DNA from: an uncultured Lentisphaerota bacterium
GTDB taxonomy: Bacteria; Verrucomicrobiota; Kiritimatiellia; CAIQIC01
Length of the DNA stretch: 64,000 bases
Assembly: GCA_903889245.1 (NCBI GenBank)
Contig: CAISWQ010000028.1
Span: forward strand, 70,677 to 134,676
Reading direction: 5' to 3'
The position numbers were made by a program, and so were the translations under genes. Under the pieces are notes generated by a model. That model was not told the origin of the DNA. It made no database searches and worked only from the letters and a program-made list of their open reading frames with translations. Each line of letters starts with the position of its first letter. Within the stretch, counting starts at the first letter, position 1. Shown here in pieces: positions 46,861 through 55,702 of the stretch.

Positions 46861-47116
46861 GATACACTTCGCGGCGATGCGCGATCTTGACCACCGTGAC
46901 AAGCAACAGGCGGTCGGCAATGTTGTAGAGAATGCGCCAGTCGCCGACGCGGACGCGCCACAAGTCCACTGGTCCGCGCAGGCGTTTGACGCCCGCCGGC
47001 CGGGGGTTCACGGTCAGGGCGACCATAGCCGTGTAGAGACGGCGGCGCATAACGGAGTCGGCGGCGGCGAGTTCCTTCTCTGCACGGGGATCGAGCTTGA
47101 CGGTGTAGGGCATCAA
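46856..47116 (-). CDS. Type II toxin, RelE/ParE family
   Basis: WRVRVGDWRILYNI...LLVTVVKIAHRREVY is the RelE/ParE consensus. It overlaps the upstream antitoxin by 4 nt. Confidence 0.85.
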   Translation of the reverse strand: MMPYTVKLDPRAEKELAAADSVMRRRLYTAMVALTVNPRPAGVKRLRGPVDLWRVRVGDWRILYNIADRLLLVTVVKIAHRREVYR

Positions 47117-47364
47117 CCCAACCCAAGACGGCGCGCGACGGTTTCCAAGCTAACGGGTTTGACCTTGCCGGCTTGCAGTTCGCGCAGCCGTGCGGTGGCT
47201 TCGCGTACATCCTCGGCATCCTCGACCGCGCGCATCAGCGCGGCGGGAATTAAATAGGCGACCGCCGCGCGGCCCTTGCGGACAGCGACGGGTTCACCTT
47301 TCTCGGCGCGCGCGAGGGCCGCGCCGGGGTGTGTTGTGAACTGTGTCATGGTCAAAGCAGTCAT
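47113..47364 (-). CDS. Type II antitoxin, Phd/YefM family
   Basis: An 83-aa protein MTQFTTHPGAALARAEKGEPVAVRKGRAAVAYLIPAAL, coupled by ATGA overlap to the RelE gene. A perfect 8-bp inverted repeat lies in its promoter. Confidence 0.8.
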   Translation of the reverse strand: MTALTMTQFTTHPGAALARAEKGEPVAVRKGRAAVAYLIPAALMRAVEDAEDVREATARLRELQAGKVKPVSLETVARRLGLG

Positions 47365-47400
47365 GGCGGCGGGACTATGCGACCCGTCCGCTGATGTGTC

Positions 47401-47440
47401 AAGTGAACTGCCTGGGCCAGCGCGAACAGTTCACAAACTT
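47401..47440. promoter_or_regulatory. Putative Phd/RelE autoregulatory operator: perfect 8-bp inverted repeat GTGAACTG-n16-CAGTTCAC
   Basis: Arms at 47403..47410 and 47427..47434, 40-60 bp upstream of the phd start codon. Confidence 0.5.
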
Positions 47441-47459
47441 GCCAGGGGAACACTCCCGA

Positions 47460-48584
47460 TCAGCCGAAGCGGAGTTGGCGGAAGGTTTCGTATTGCTGGA
47501 GGAGTTTGTCGGTGCAGGAGGAGGGGATGTTGCGGAAGGCGCTTTCGAGGTCGCCCATGGTCAGCAGCGGGTCGGCGTTGTCGCGGATGCTGCGGCCGAG
47601 CGCGGCGCGCTTGGCGGCGTTGACGACGCCGACGATGTCGCTGCCGGTATAGCCGTTCAGTTTGCCCACCCACGCGGCGGTGTCGAAGCCTTCCTGTAGC
47701 GGCAAACCCTTGAGGTGCATTTGCAGAATGCCGCGCCGCGCGGGTTCATCGGGCAAGCCGATGAAGATTTTCTCGTCGAAGCGCCCGGTGCGGAAGACGG
47801 CCTCATCAATGTCCCATGGTTTGTTGGTGGCGCCGAGGATCAGCAAAACGTTCTGGCTTTCCTCGAAGCCGCCGACATCGGAGAGGAACTGGACGACGAT
47901 GCGGTTATCCACGACGGATTGCCCGCTGCGCTTGGGCAGGAGGCCATCCACGTCGTCGAGGAAGAGCACGGCGACGGGCTGGGACTTGGCGGTCTGGATC
48001 AGGCTGCGCAGGCGTTGCTCGGACTCGCCGTGCCACTTGGAGCGGATTTGCGCGCCGGAGGCGTAGTAGAACGGGGCCTGCAATTCGTGGGCGATGGCCT
48101 TGCCGAGCGTGGTCTTGCCGTTGCCGGGCGGGCCGTAGAGCAGGACGCCGCCGCCGGCCTTGAGGCCGAGCTTCTTCGCCTTCTCGATGTTCTGGAGGGG
48201 ATAGACGACCATCTCGAAGATGGTCTTCTTGGCCTCGGTCATGCCGGCGATCATGTCGAAGGTGACGCTGGGGATTTCGGTGACGAGCCAGTCGGCGTCG
48301 GCACTGCTTGGGCTATCGGCCGGTTCCGCGCCGGGCTTGCCGCCGGATGTTCCGCCCTGACCGCCCTTGAGCGGCTGGCGTTTGAGTTTCTCGGCGATTT
48401 CCAGCCAACCCTCGGCATCCTCGGTGTAACGGGTGGCAATGTGGCCGGCGGTCTGCGCGGCCAGCGCGTAAGCGAATTCAGCGGCCTTGGCGGCGTGGAA
48501 GATGGCGTTGGCGGTGTTGCTATCGCGAATCGCGGCTTCGCACTGTTTCTCGTGTTCCAGTTTTTTATCGAGGAGGAAGCTCAT
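47460..48584 (-). CDS. Vps4-like AAA+ ATPase: N-terminal MIT-like three-helix domain + meiotic-clade AAA domain
   Basis: Walker A LLYGPPGNGKTT, Walker B LFLDDVD, the clade-diagnostic SKWHGESE (Vps4 SKWLGESE), and LILGATNKPWDIDEAVFRTGRFDEKIFIGLPDE (Vps4 [29 protein letters not shown]). The N-terminal 70 aa are helical and end in WLEIAEKLKRQ, which is MIT-like. Confidence 0.85.
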   Translation of the reverse strand: MSFLLDKKLEHEKQCEAAIRDSNTANAIFHAAKAAEFAYALAAQTAGHIATRYTEDAEGWLEIAEKLKRQPLKGGQGGTSGGKPGAEPADSPSSADADWLVTEIPSVTFDMIAGMTEAKKTIFEMVVYPLQNIEKAKKLGLKAGGGVLLYGPPGNGKTTLGKAIAHELQAPFYYASGAQIRSKWHGESEQRLRSLIQTAKSQPVAVLFLDDVDGLLPKRSGQSVVDNRIVVQFLSDVGGFEESQNVLLILGATNKPWDIDEAVFRTGRFDEKIFIGLPDEPARRGILQMHLKGLPLQEGFDTAAWVGKLNGYTGSDIVGVVNAAKRAALGRSIRDNADPLLTMGDLESAFRNIPSSCTDKLLQQYETFRQLRFG

Positions 48585-48598
48585 GGGATCTCCGCGGT

Positions 48599-49093
48599 TC
48601 AGCCATGCTCCGCCAGCATCTCGGCTTCCAAGGTCGCCAGGTTGAGCGGCAGCGTGCCGGAATGGCGACGGACGGAGAACAGGTTACGGCGGCGGCTACA
48701 TAAAAAATGGAGCGTGGCTTTGCGCGGGTCGTATTCCTCGACGACGATGCGCGTCACCCGCACAACAGTACCGGGGTGTTCGGGGCATTGCCACGGTCTG
48801 CGGCGGGCATAGGAGAGCAGACGGATCAGGCGGCTCTCGGAGAAGACTTCGCAGCGGTCGCCTTCGCAGACAAGCAGCGCGCGCTTGCCGCAGGCGGAGC
48901 ATTCGTAGCTGGCCAGCTTCTGGCCGGTGGTGAGCAGGAAGGTGCTGCCACTGCATTCCGGGCAGGCAAATTCGCGTACAGCGCCACTCATCAGGCGGGT
49001 CAGGATGGCTTGCCGCTCAGCCGGTGTATAGCGCTGCTCAAAATCATTCCACGCGGCATTGGGCATGGGCTCAAGCATGGACCTGCTCCTCAA
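48599..49093 (-). CDS. Zinc-ribbon protein of unknown function (ESCRT-like operon member)
   Basis: CPECSGS...YECSACGKR and a further Cys/His cluster CPEHPG. It is co-oriented and overlaps the upstream gene; the start is uncertain (49093 or 49078). Confidence 0.55.
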   Translation of the reverse strand: MRSRSMLEPMPNAAWNDFEQRYTPAERQAILTRLMSGAVREFACPECSGSTFLLTTGQKLASYECSACGKRALLVCEGDRCEVFSESRLIRLLSYARRRPWQCPEHPGTVVRVTRIVVEEYDPRKATLHFLCSRRRNLFSVRRHSGTLPLNLATLEAEMLAEHG

Positions 49094-49466
49094 GCGTGGC
49101 GCTCTGTTTCCGGCTGGTCATGCGCAGCACCAATTGGCCCGCCGCATCCCAGCGCCATGTTGCGGAGGCGGCCTCTGTCGCCGGCATAGTGGGCGGTGGG
49201 GGTAGGTGCGTCGGCGCAACCATCAAGGCCGCGCGCACCGCCGCCGCGCCCTTCGCCTGTTCCTGAATTTCGCGCCGGGCCTTCTCCCGTTTTTCCCGCA
49301 CCTCGGCGAGGATCAGCACGACAATGACCAGCACCACGACGCCCAGCATGATGGTCGGCAGATGATTGCCTGCGACCAGATTGATGACGCTGCCCACGGC
49401 GCTGAAGACCAGCACGATGGTGCTCAAGGCGGTACGCAGCATCTCGGCTGGCTTGGTGGCTTCCAT
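49071..49466 (-). CDS. Small two-TM membrane protein (ESCRT-like operon member)
   Basis: Two hydrophobic helices (LSTIVLVFSAVGSVINLVAG; IMLGVVVLVIVVLILA) followed by a charged helix REKREKARREIQEQAKG. Confidence 0.55.
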   Translation of the reverse strand: MEATKPAEMLRTALSTIVLVFSAVGSVINLVAGNHLPTIMLGVVVLVIVVLILAEVREKREKARREIQEQAKGAAAVRAALMVAPTHLPPPPTMPATEAASATWRWDAAGQLVLRMTSRKQSATLEEQVHA

Positions 49467-49471
49467 GACCT

Positions 49472-50164
49472 TTAAGGTTCCTGGTTACGCTCGCGGATGG
49501 GAGCGGCGGGTGTCTTCTGGGCTGGCGCGCTTTCCGGGGCGCGCGGTGTTTCTTCCGTGGCAGCGGCCAGCTCCTCGAAGCCGGCCAGTTGCTCGGTGAA
49601 CGATTCGCGGTCGGACTCGCGCTCGCGCCGGCGCCCCGCTTTTTCCAGGTCAGCCACCGCGCTGACGCGGCCCTCGGCCTCCTCGGCGCGCTCATCCACT
49701 TCGTCAATCAACTGGTCAATCGCGGCCTCGGTAACGCCGGCCATACCGTAGGCGGTGACCTCGCGCATCCGGCCGAGCACCTGGGTCAGCACCTGCTCGT
49801 TCTCGACCAGAACCTTGAACTCGCCCTCGGCGGAGCGATAGGCGGCGAGCAGGCCCTTCAACTCCGCTTCGAGCACACGCTTGCGGGCGGGCGGCGCGGT
49901 TTCGTAGGCCTTCTTCTTGGCGGCGATGGTCGCGAATTGTTTTTCCAGCGCCGCGGCGAGCGCCTCGCGTTTCGTGGTGTTGGCCGCGAGGGTGCCGGCG
50001 ATGGACTGCTGAATCGCCTCGGGCGATTTGTTCTTCCGCCATTGGCGATAGAGTTGGACGGCGTTGCCACCGAGTTTCCTGACGGCCGTCAAGGTGGCTT
50101 GCAAGGCCTTTCTGGTTGTCTCTTGCGCGGCTTTTTGTTCGGGTGCGGGTTGGTTCTCGCTCAT
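49472..50164 (-). CDS. Coiled-coil protein (paralog of 43309..44211 without the zinc finger)
   Basis: MSENQPAPEQ... with a GGGAG ribosome-binding site 6 nt upstream of the ATG at 50164. Paralogous over ~150 aa to the zinc-finger coiled-coil protein. The track ORF extends to 50473, but that region lacks coding character. Confidence 0.7.
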   Translation of the reverse strand: MSENQPAPEQKAAQETTRKALQATLTAVRKLGGNAVQLYRQWRKNKSPEAIQQSIAGTLAANTTKREALAAALEKQFATIAAKKKAYETAPPARKRVLEAELKGLLAAYRSAEGEFKVLVENEQVLTQVLGRMREVTAYGMAGVTEAAIDQLIDEVDERAEEAEGRVSAVADLEKAGRRRERESDRESFTEQLAGFEELAAATEETPRAPESAPAQKTPAAPIRERNQEP

Positions 50165-50192
50165 GTCGTCTCCCTGCGGGCTGGCCCGCCGT

Positions 50193-50819
50193 TCACTTGC
50201 CGTCCAGCAGATTGCGCACGCGTTCCTGTCCGGCCTTGATGCGGGCATCCACCTCGGCGCCGGCTTGGGCCGTGTTGCCACCGACCTCCGCGGCGGCCTC
50301 CTGCTCCAGTTGTTTGCCAAGATCATCCAGCGAAGGAATGTGATCCTCCAGGCCGGCGCTGGCGCCCTCGGTTTCCTTGGTATAGAGCTTGTCCCAGAAG
50401 CGGTCGGCATCCACCTGCTCGCCGAGCAGATCTTGCGCCTCATCGAAGACATCCGCCACGCGCTCGGGGTCAATGCGGACCACTTTGTTCATGGCGGAGA
50501 GCGCGTCGGCGAACTGCTGGTCCGACTTCGCCGCCTGCATCTTGGTAAAATACTGCTCGAAGACCCAGCGCTTCTGTTCCAGCTTGGTCATCAGCACCTG
50601 GCTCGCGCGGTAGCTGATGAGCGACCGCTGCGCCGCGGCCTTCTGCCCAGCCTTCATGTAGTCGCGCGCCTGTGCCCAGATCTTGGAGGAGTCCTTCTCC
50701 ATCTGTTTGATCCGGTCCTTCACGTCCTCAATGGCGTTCTCCGCCTGTCGGAAGGCATGCCGCTGGTCGCGCCGCGCTTCCCGTTCCCGTTCTTTTTTGC
50801 TCTTAAACAAGAGGCCCAT
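50193..50819 (-). CDS. ESCRT-III / Snf7-CHMP-like protein (PspA/Vipp1 superfamily)
   Basis: N-terminus MGLLFKSKKE versus CHMP2A MDLLFGRRKT and CHMP3 MGLFGKTQEK. The alpha1-alpha2 hairpin DYMKAGQKAAAQRSLISYRASQVLMTKL aligns with DAAKKGQKDVCIVLAKEMIRSRKAVSKL. ADALSAMNKVVRIDPERVADVFDEAQDLL aligns with AKAMKAAHDNMDIDKVDELMQDIADQ of CHMP4. The acidic C-terminus ends in a helix that may be a MIM. Confidence 0.75.
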   Translation of the reverse strand: MGLLFKSKKEREREARRDQRHAFRQAENAIEDVKDRIKQMEKDSSKIWAQARDYMKAGQKAAAQRSLISYRASQVLMTKLEQKRWVFEQYFTKMQAAKSDQQFADALSAMNKVVRIDPERVADVFDEAQDLLGEQVDADRFWDKLYTKETEGASAGLEDHIPSLDDLGKQLEQEAAAEVGGNTAQAGAEVDARIKAGQERVRNLLDGK

Positions 50820-50879
50820 GGTTCCTCCGAATTTGAAATTCCTATAGCAACAAAACCGGTGGGAAGCCAGCTTCTAATG

Positions 50880-51898
50880 AACACTCCTGCGTGATTGAAC
50901 GGCAGCCGGTGCGAAGACGATCTCCGGCAACATGGCGACCGCGACACGTTTCTGGTCGAAGTCGGCGTGACTGCAAAGCGCGGTCAGCGTCGGGTTGCCG
51001 TAGCCAACCTGGTCTTGGATGGCACCAGCGGCCCGCGGCTGACCGTACAGCGGTTGAGGAAGGAATGTCGCAGGCTATGAAAGCCTTTGCGGCGGGCTTT
51101 GCGCGGCGTCAGTTCGATCCGACCGGGCTTGAGGGCAGACCAGCGCAGCGTGCGCACGTCGCCCAGGCACAGACCGGTGTAGAGACCGATGGCGAGCATA
51201 TAGCGCATGGTCCCGCGCGCCTTGCGGCAGCGCGTCGTCAACTCGTCGGGCGTGAAGTTCAGGCGCCCTTGCGTTTCCTTTTCCAGTTTGCGGATGTGCA
51301 ACCAGGGATTGTCCAAGAGACCTGCTTTCACGCGCAGCGTGGTGAACACCGAGCGCAGGAACTGAAGGTGACCGTTGAACGAGCGTGGCGAGAATTTGCC
51401 TCGCCAGAGATTCCGCGCGTAGTCGTCGGCATGCGCGTCACTGACATCGTGCAAGCGTTGGACGTGAGGGGCCTTCCCCCAACCGACAAAGCGCTGCCAT
51501 GCGGCGCGGTAGCCGGCGATGGTGGTCGCGCAGGGTTTGCCCTTCTGCGGCGAGGCGAGCCATTCTTTCCAGGTGTCATCGAGCGTGATGGGCGTCAACG
51601 CCATCGCGCTAAGCTGGCGCGACAAGCGCAGGCGCATCTCAATCTGTGCCTGGGTGGGCAGGCGGCCGATGCACTCCTGCAACACGATGAACTGTTTGAT
51701 GATCGTGCCTTCACCGCGCGCTGCGGCCTTGGCCGCGTTGGCGATGTCCGATGCGGAGTTGCGATCCGTTTCGCCCGTGCTGACCCAGGCTTGCTGGAAA
51801 AACGGTTGCTCGCCGCGGGCGGGGCGGGCCGCTACACTCACGCGCCTGATGCGGATTTTTTTCCAGAGCCTCGTGTGGGCCGTGGCCGTGCTGGCCAC
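50880..51898 (-). pseudogene. Tyrosine recombinase/integrase remnant (frameshifted; catalytic Tyr region displaced into the +1 frame and possibly mutated)
   Basis: The SAM-like N-domain and catalytic-domain motifs (R box in GLCLGDVRTLRWS; HSLRHSF) sit in one frame that stops at 50984. The expected C-terminal I..LGH...T..Y.H region (IQDQVGYGNPTLTALCSHA) is readable only in the +1 frame, which ends near 50880. The N-terminus is uncertain: the ORF reaches 51898 via GTG, but an ATG start at 51637 would avoid the overlap with the lipoprotein gene. Confidence 0.6.
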
Positions 51899-52574
51899 CG
51901 GTTGTGTCCAGCTCGAGCAGGACCTGACACTGAAGGCCGACGGCAGCGGCAGCGTCCGGTTCGCCTACGCCGTGCCGGAGGCGGAGCAGACCCTGACGCA
52001 ACAGGCGGCGCGCGAGCTGCTCAAGCAGACGCTGGCACTCGGCAACCACACGCGCCTGCCGCAGGACATGAGCGACGCCGAACTGAAAAAACAGTTCGAG
52101 GGGTTCGCCCAGCAGGGCGTGAAGCTGGAACAACTGGCCACCGAGCGCAAGCCCGGCTGCACCATCCGGCGCGGCGTCATCAGTTTCAAAACACTCGCAG
52201 GGCTGGCGCGGACGTTGCTGACGGAGCGGACGGTGGCGCTGACCCGTGACGCGCGCGGTAATTTCCAGTTGCTCGAGCAACCGGGCGGAGGACAGACGGT
52301 CGCCAGCCGGCTGGTAACCGTGGCCGGCGAGGACGCGAATCCGCTGGTCGCCGATCTGTTCAAGGGTTTCCGCGCCACGCTGCGTGTGACCGCGCCCGGC
52401 CGCATCCTCGAAAGCAACGCGACGCAGGTCGAAGGCGCGTCCGCCCTCTGGCGCTTTGATGGCGACCGCGACGCGCGGGCGGTGGCCCGGCTGCTCCAGC
52501 AACCCATACGCCTATCGTTTGAAGGGCGCGGGCTGGCCCTGACACCCTTCGTACAGCGCGGTGGCGCACCCTAG
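51848..52574 (+). CDS. Lipoprotein of unknown function
   Basis: Signal peptide with lipobox MRIFFQSLVWAVAVLATGC. Confidence 0.65.
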
Positions 52575-52645
52575 CCCGCGCCGTTGCAAAGCGGGCCGTT
52601 GATGCTAGAATGGGGCGCGCCTTGACAGCAAAAAACAAGGAACCT

Positions 52646-54643
52646 ATGGCCCCCGAAAAACCAACTCGCAAGGAACCGACCGAAGCGCAGCCGCCGATGC
52701 GCTGGATGATCGTCTGGCTGGTGATGATGGGCGTGTTCCTCGTCGTCTATCAGTTCATGTCCACCGGCCAGGAGAAATACAAGACGGTCCCCTTCCGGCC
52801 CGATTTCATCACGCTGGTCAACGAGGGCAAGGTCAAGAGTTGCGTCGTCATGGTGGGCGCGGACGGGCGGCAGTATATCCGCGGCGAAATGCTGGAGGTG
52901 GATCCGCAGACCAAGAAGGCCGGCCGCTTCGAGGTCAATGTGCCCATCACCGAGTACCTGCAAAAAATCCTCGACGAGAAAAAGATCAACTATAAGTTCG
53001 AGTATCCGAACACGCTGTTCTGGCAGATTCTGACCGGGCCGATCTCCGTGCTGATCGTGATGCTTCTGCTCTCGTTGTTGTTCTGGCGGCAGATCCGCAT
53101 GGCGGGCCGCGGCGCGATGAGTTTCGGCAAGAGCCGCGCGCGGCTGATGACCCGCGAGAAGAACAAGACCACCTTCAAGGACGTCGCCGGCGTGGATGAG
53201 GCGCGCGAGGAGGTCCAGGAGATCATCGAGTTCCTGCGCGACCCGAAGAAGTTTCAGAAGCTCGGCGGCCGCATCCCGAAGGGCGTGTTGCTCGTCGGAC
53301 CGCCGGGCACCGGCAAGACGCTGCTCGCCAAGGCCATCGCCGGCGAGGCCGAGGTGCCCTTCTTCTCGATCAGCGGCTCCGACTTCGTCGAGATGTTCGT
53401 CGGTGTCGGCGCCAGTCGCGTCCGCGATATGTTCGAGCAGGGCAAGAAGAACGCGCCGTGCATCATCTTCATTGACGAGATTGATGCCGTCGGCCGGAGC
53501 CGCTTCAGCGGCATCGGCGGCGGTCACGATGAGCGCGAGCAGACGCTGAATGCGCTGCTGGTGGAGATGGATGGCTTCGATACACAGGAAGGCGTCATCA
53601 TCATCGCCGCGACCAACCGGCCCGACGTGCTGGATCAGGCCCTGCTGCGGCCCGGCCGCTTCGACCGCCAGATCGTCATTGACCTGCCCACGCTCGACGG
53701 GCGCGAGGCGATCCTGAAGATTCACGCGCACCGCATCAAGCTGGCGACAACCGTGGACCTGCGGCGCGTGGCGCGCGGCACGCCGGGCTTCTCCGGCGCC
53801 GACCTCGCCAACCTGATCAACGAGGCCGCGCTGCTCGCCGCGCGCCGCGGCATGGAGGCCGTCCAGCAACAGGACATGGAGGAGGCGCGCGACAAGGTGC
53901 GCTGGGGGCGCGAGCGCCGCAGCCGCGTGCTCGACGAGAAGGAAAAGAAGTTGACCGCCTACCACGAGGCCGGCCACGCCATCGTGCTCAACTGTGTCGA
54001 AGAGGCCGAGCCGCTACATAAGGTCACGATCATCCCGCGCGGGCAGGCGCTGGGCGCGACGATGCAACTGCCGGAGAAAGACCGCTACACCGAGGGCCGC
54101 AAGAAACTCGAAGGCATGCTGACCGGCCTGATGGGCGGACGCGTCGCCGAGGAGCTCATCTTTGGCGACATCACCACCGGCGCGCAGAGCGATATCAAGC
54201 AGGCGACGCGCATCGCGCGCCTGATGGTCTGCGAGTGGGGCATGAGCCCCACGCTCGGTCCGCAGAATTTCTCCACGCGCGAGGAGTTGCTGTTTCTCGG
54301 CCGCGAGGTCAGCCGCAGCCAGGAGATCAGCGAGGAAACCGCGCGCAAGATTGACGAGGAAGTGCACCGCCTGCTGTCCGAGGCCTATGAACGCGCCAAG
54401 CTGATCCTGCAGCAGCACCGCGACAAGCTCGACATCCTCACCCAACTGCTGATCGAGCGCGAGACGCTCGACGGTGCCGAGGTGGCCGCCATCGTCAAGA
54501 ACGGCCGCCTGCCGACGCCAGCAGAGCTGGCCGAATTGGAAGCGGTGCAGAAACCGGCGGTGACGCCCGCGGCGGAGCCACCACCCATGCCGGGCAGTCC
54601 ACCCCCGCCAACGCCGACGTCCCATGGCCACGAGGCCGTCTAG
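52646..54643 (+). CDS. ftsH: ATP-dependent zinc metalloprotease FtsH
   Basis: TM-periplasmic-TM N-terminus, AAA module [21 protein letters not shown], second region of homology, and the zinc-binding HEAGHAI motif. An AAGGA ribosome-binding site lies upstream of 52646. Confidence 0.95.
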   Translation: MAPEKPTRKEPTEAQPPMRWMIVWLVMMGVFLVVYQFMSTGQEKYKTVPFRPDFITLVNEGKVKSCVVMVGADGRQYIRGEMLEVDPQTKKAGRFEVNVPITEYLQKILDEKKINYKFEYPNTLFWQILTGPISVLIVMLLLSLLFWRQIRMAGRGAMSFGKSRARLMTREKNKTTFKDVAGVDEAREEVQEIIEFLRDPKKFQKLGGRIPKGVLLVGPPGTGKTLLAKAIAGEAEVPFFSISGSDFVEMFVGVGASRVRDMFEQGKKNAPCIIFIDEIDAVGRSRFSGIGGGHDEREQTLNALLVEMDGFDTQEGVIIIAATNRPDVLDQALLRPGRFDRQIVIDLPTLDGREAILKIHAHRIKLATTVDLRRVARGTPGFSGADLANLINEAALLAARRGMEAVQQQDMEEARDKVRWGRERRSRVLDEKEKKLTAYHEAGHAIVLNCVEEAEPLHKVTIIPRGQALGATMQLPEKDRYTEGRKKLEGMLTGLMGGRVAEELIFGDITTGAQSDIKQATRIARLMVCEWGMSPTLGPQNFSTREELLFLGREVSRSQEISEETARKIDEEVHRLLSEAYERAKLILQQHRDKLDILTQLLIERETLDGAEVAAIVKNGRLPTPAELAELEAVQKPAVTPAAEPPPMPGSPPPPTPTSHGHEAV

Positions 54644-54650
54644 GTCCCGC

Positions 54651-55505
54651 ATGGAACTGCCCTCCACCAGTTGGCGTTGCCGCGAACGCACCCTGCGGTG
54701 CGAGCGCACGCTGCTCATGGGCATCCTCAACATCACGCCCGACTCGTTCTCCGACGGCGGCAATTATTTTGACCTTGCGCAGGCGGTAGTGCGCGGCCTG
54801 AAACTGGCCGATGAAGGCGCCGACATCATTGATGTCGGCGGTGAATCCACCCGGCCAGGCTCCGCGCCGGTGGACGAAGCCGAGGAGTTACGCCGCGTGG
54901 TGCCGGTCGTCCGCACGCTGGCCGAGCGCACCAACTGCGCGATCTCCGTGGACACGACCAAGTCCGTCGTCGCCCGCGCCGCGTTGCAGGCCGGCGCGCA
55001 CATCATCAATGACATCTCCGCCGCCACCCGCGACGAGGACATGGCCGCCGTCGTGGCCGACTATCAAGCCGGCCTCATCCTAATGCACTGCCAGGGCACG
55101 CCGGACACCATGCAGGAGCACCCGCAGTACGCCGATGTCGTGGGCGAGGTACGCGACTACCTCGGCGCGCGGGTCGAGGCGCTGAGCGCCGCCGGGCTGC
55201 CGCGCGAGAATACCGTGGTGGATCCCGGATTCGGCTTCGGCAAAACCCTGGAGCACAACCTGACCTTGCTCCGCCAGCTCGACCAGTTCACGCGGCTCGG
55301 CCGGCCGATCATGGTCGGCCTCTCGCGCAAGTCCATGCTGGGCGCGCTGACCGGCCAGAAGAAACCGGAGTATCGCGTCCCCGGGGGCCTCGCCGCGCTC
55401 ACCGCCGCCATCCTGCGCGGCGCGCGCCTAATCCGCACCCACGATGTCGCCGCCTCCCGTGACGCCGCGCGTGTCGCCGACGAACTGCGTGTTTATCAGA
55501 CCTGA
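54651..55505 (+). CDS. folP: Dihydropteroate synthase
   Basis: MGILNITPDSFSDGG, IIDVGGESTRPG and GFGFGKT motifs. The start is uncertain; the ORF is open from 54624. Confidence 0.9.
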   Translation: MELPSTSWRCRERTLRCERTLLMGILNITPDSFSDGGNYFDLAQAVVRGLKLADEGADIIDVGGESTRPGSAPVDEAEELRRVVPVVRTLAERTNCAISVDTTKSVVARAALQAGAHIINDISAATRDEDMAAVVADYQAGLILMHCQGTPDTMQEHPQYADVVGEVRDYLGARVEALSAAGLPRENTVVDPGFGFGKTLEHNLTLLRQLDQFTRLGRPIMVGLSRKSMLGALTGQKKPEYRVPGGLAALTAAILRGARLIRTHDVAASRDAARVADELRVYQT

Positions 55506-55702
55506 TGCTGTGGTTCTGGATACGGGGTTGAGGATGCGCGCCGGATCCATGCGCCGCTTGGACTTTTCCGGCGCAGCGACGCTGCCCCCCCCCCCCACCA
55601 CCCTCGCTAGCCGCCGCCCACCGGGGCACAATGACCGCACACAGTGGCAGAGGTGCGTACCCACGCTCGCTGGCTCAAGGGTGCGCTATGACCGGGAGGC
55701 AC

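Noticed and set aside
50193-50819. Calling the first gene of the operon plain PspA/phage-shock protein A
   Set aside because: The N-terminus (MGLLFK…), the register of the basic hairpin, and the presence of a co-operonic MIT-AAA Vps4-like ATPase fit Snf7/CHMP better than PspA, which begins MGIFSR and partners with PspF/PspBC. The families are related, so the 'ESCRT-III-like' call was kept with moderate confidence and is not asserted as a strict Snf7 orthologue.
51848-51898. 50-bp overlap between the integrase ORF (GTG start at 51898) and the divergent lipoprotein gene
   Set aside because: This is probably an over-extended integrase ORF. The integrase-like sequence only becomes recognisable after M at 51637, so the overlap is not treated as real.
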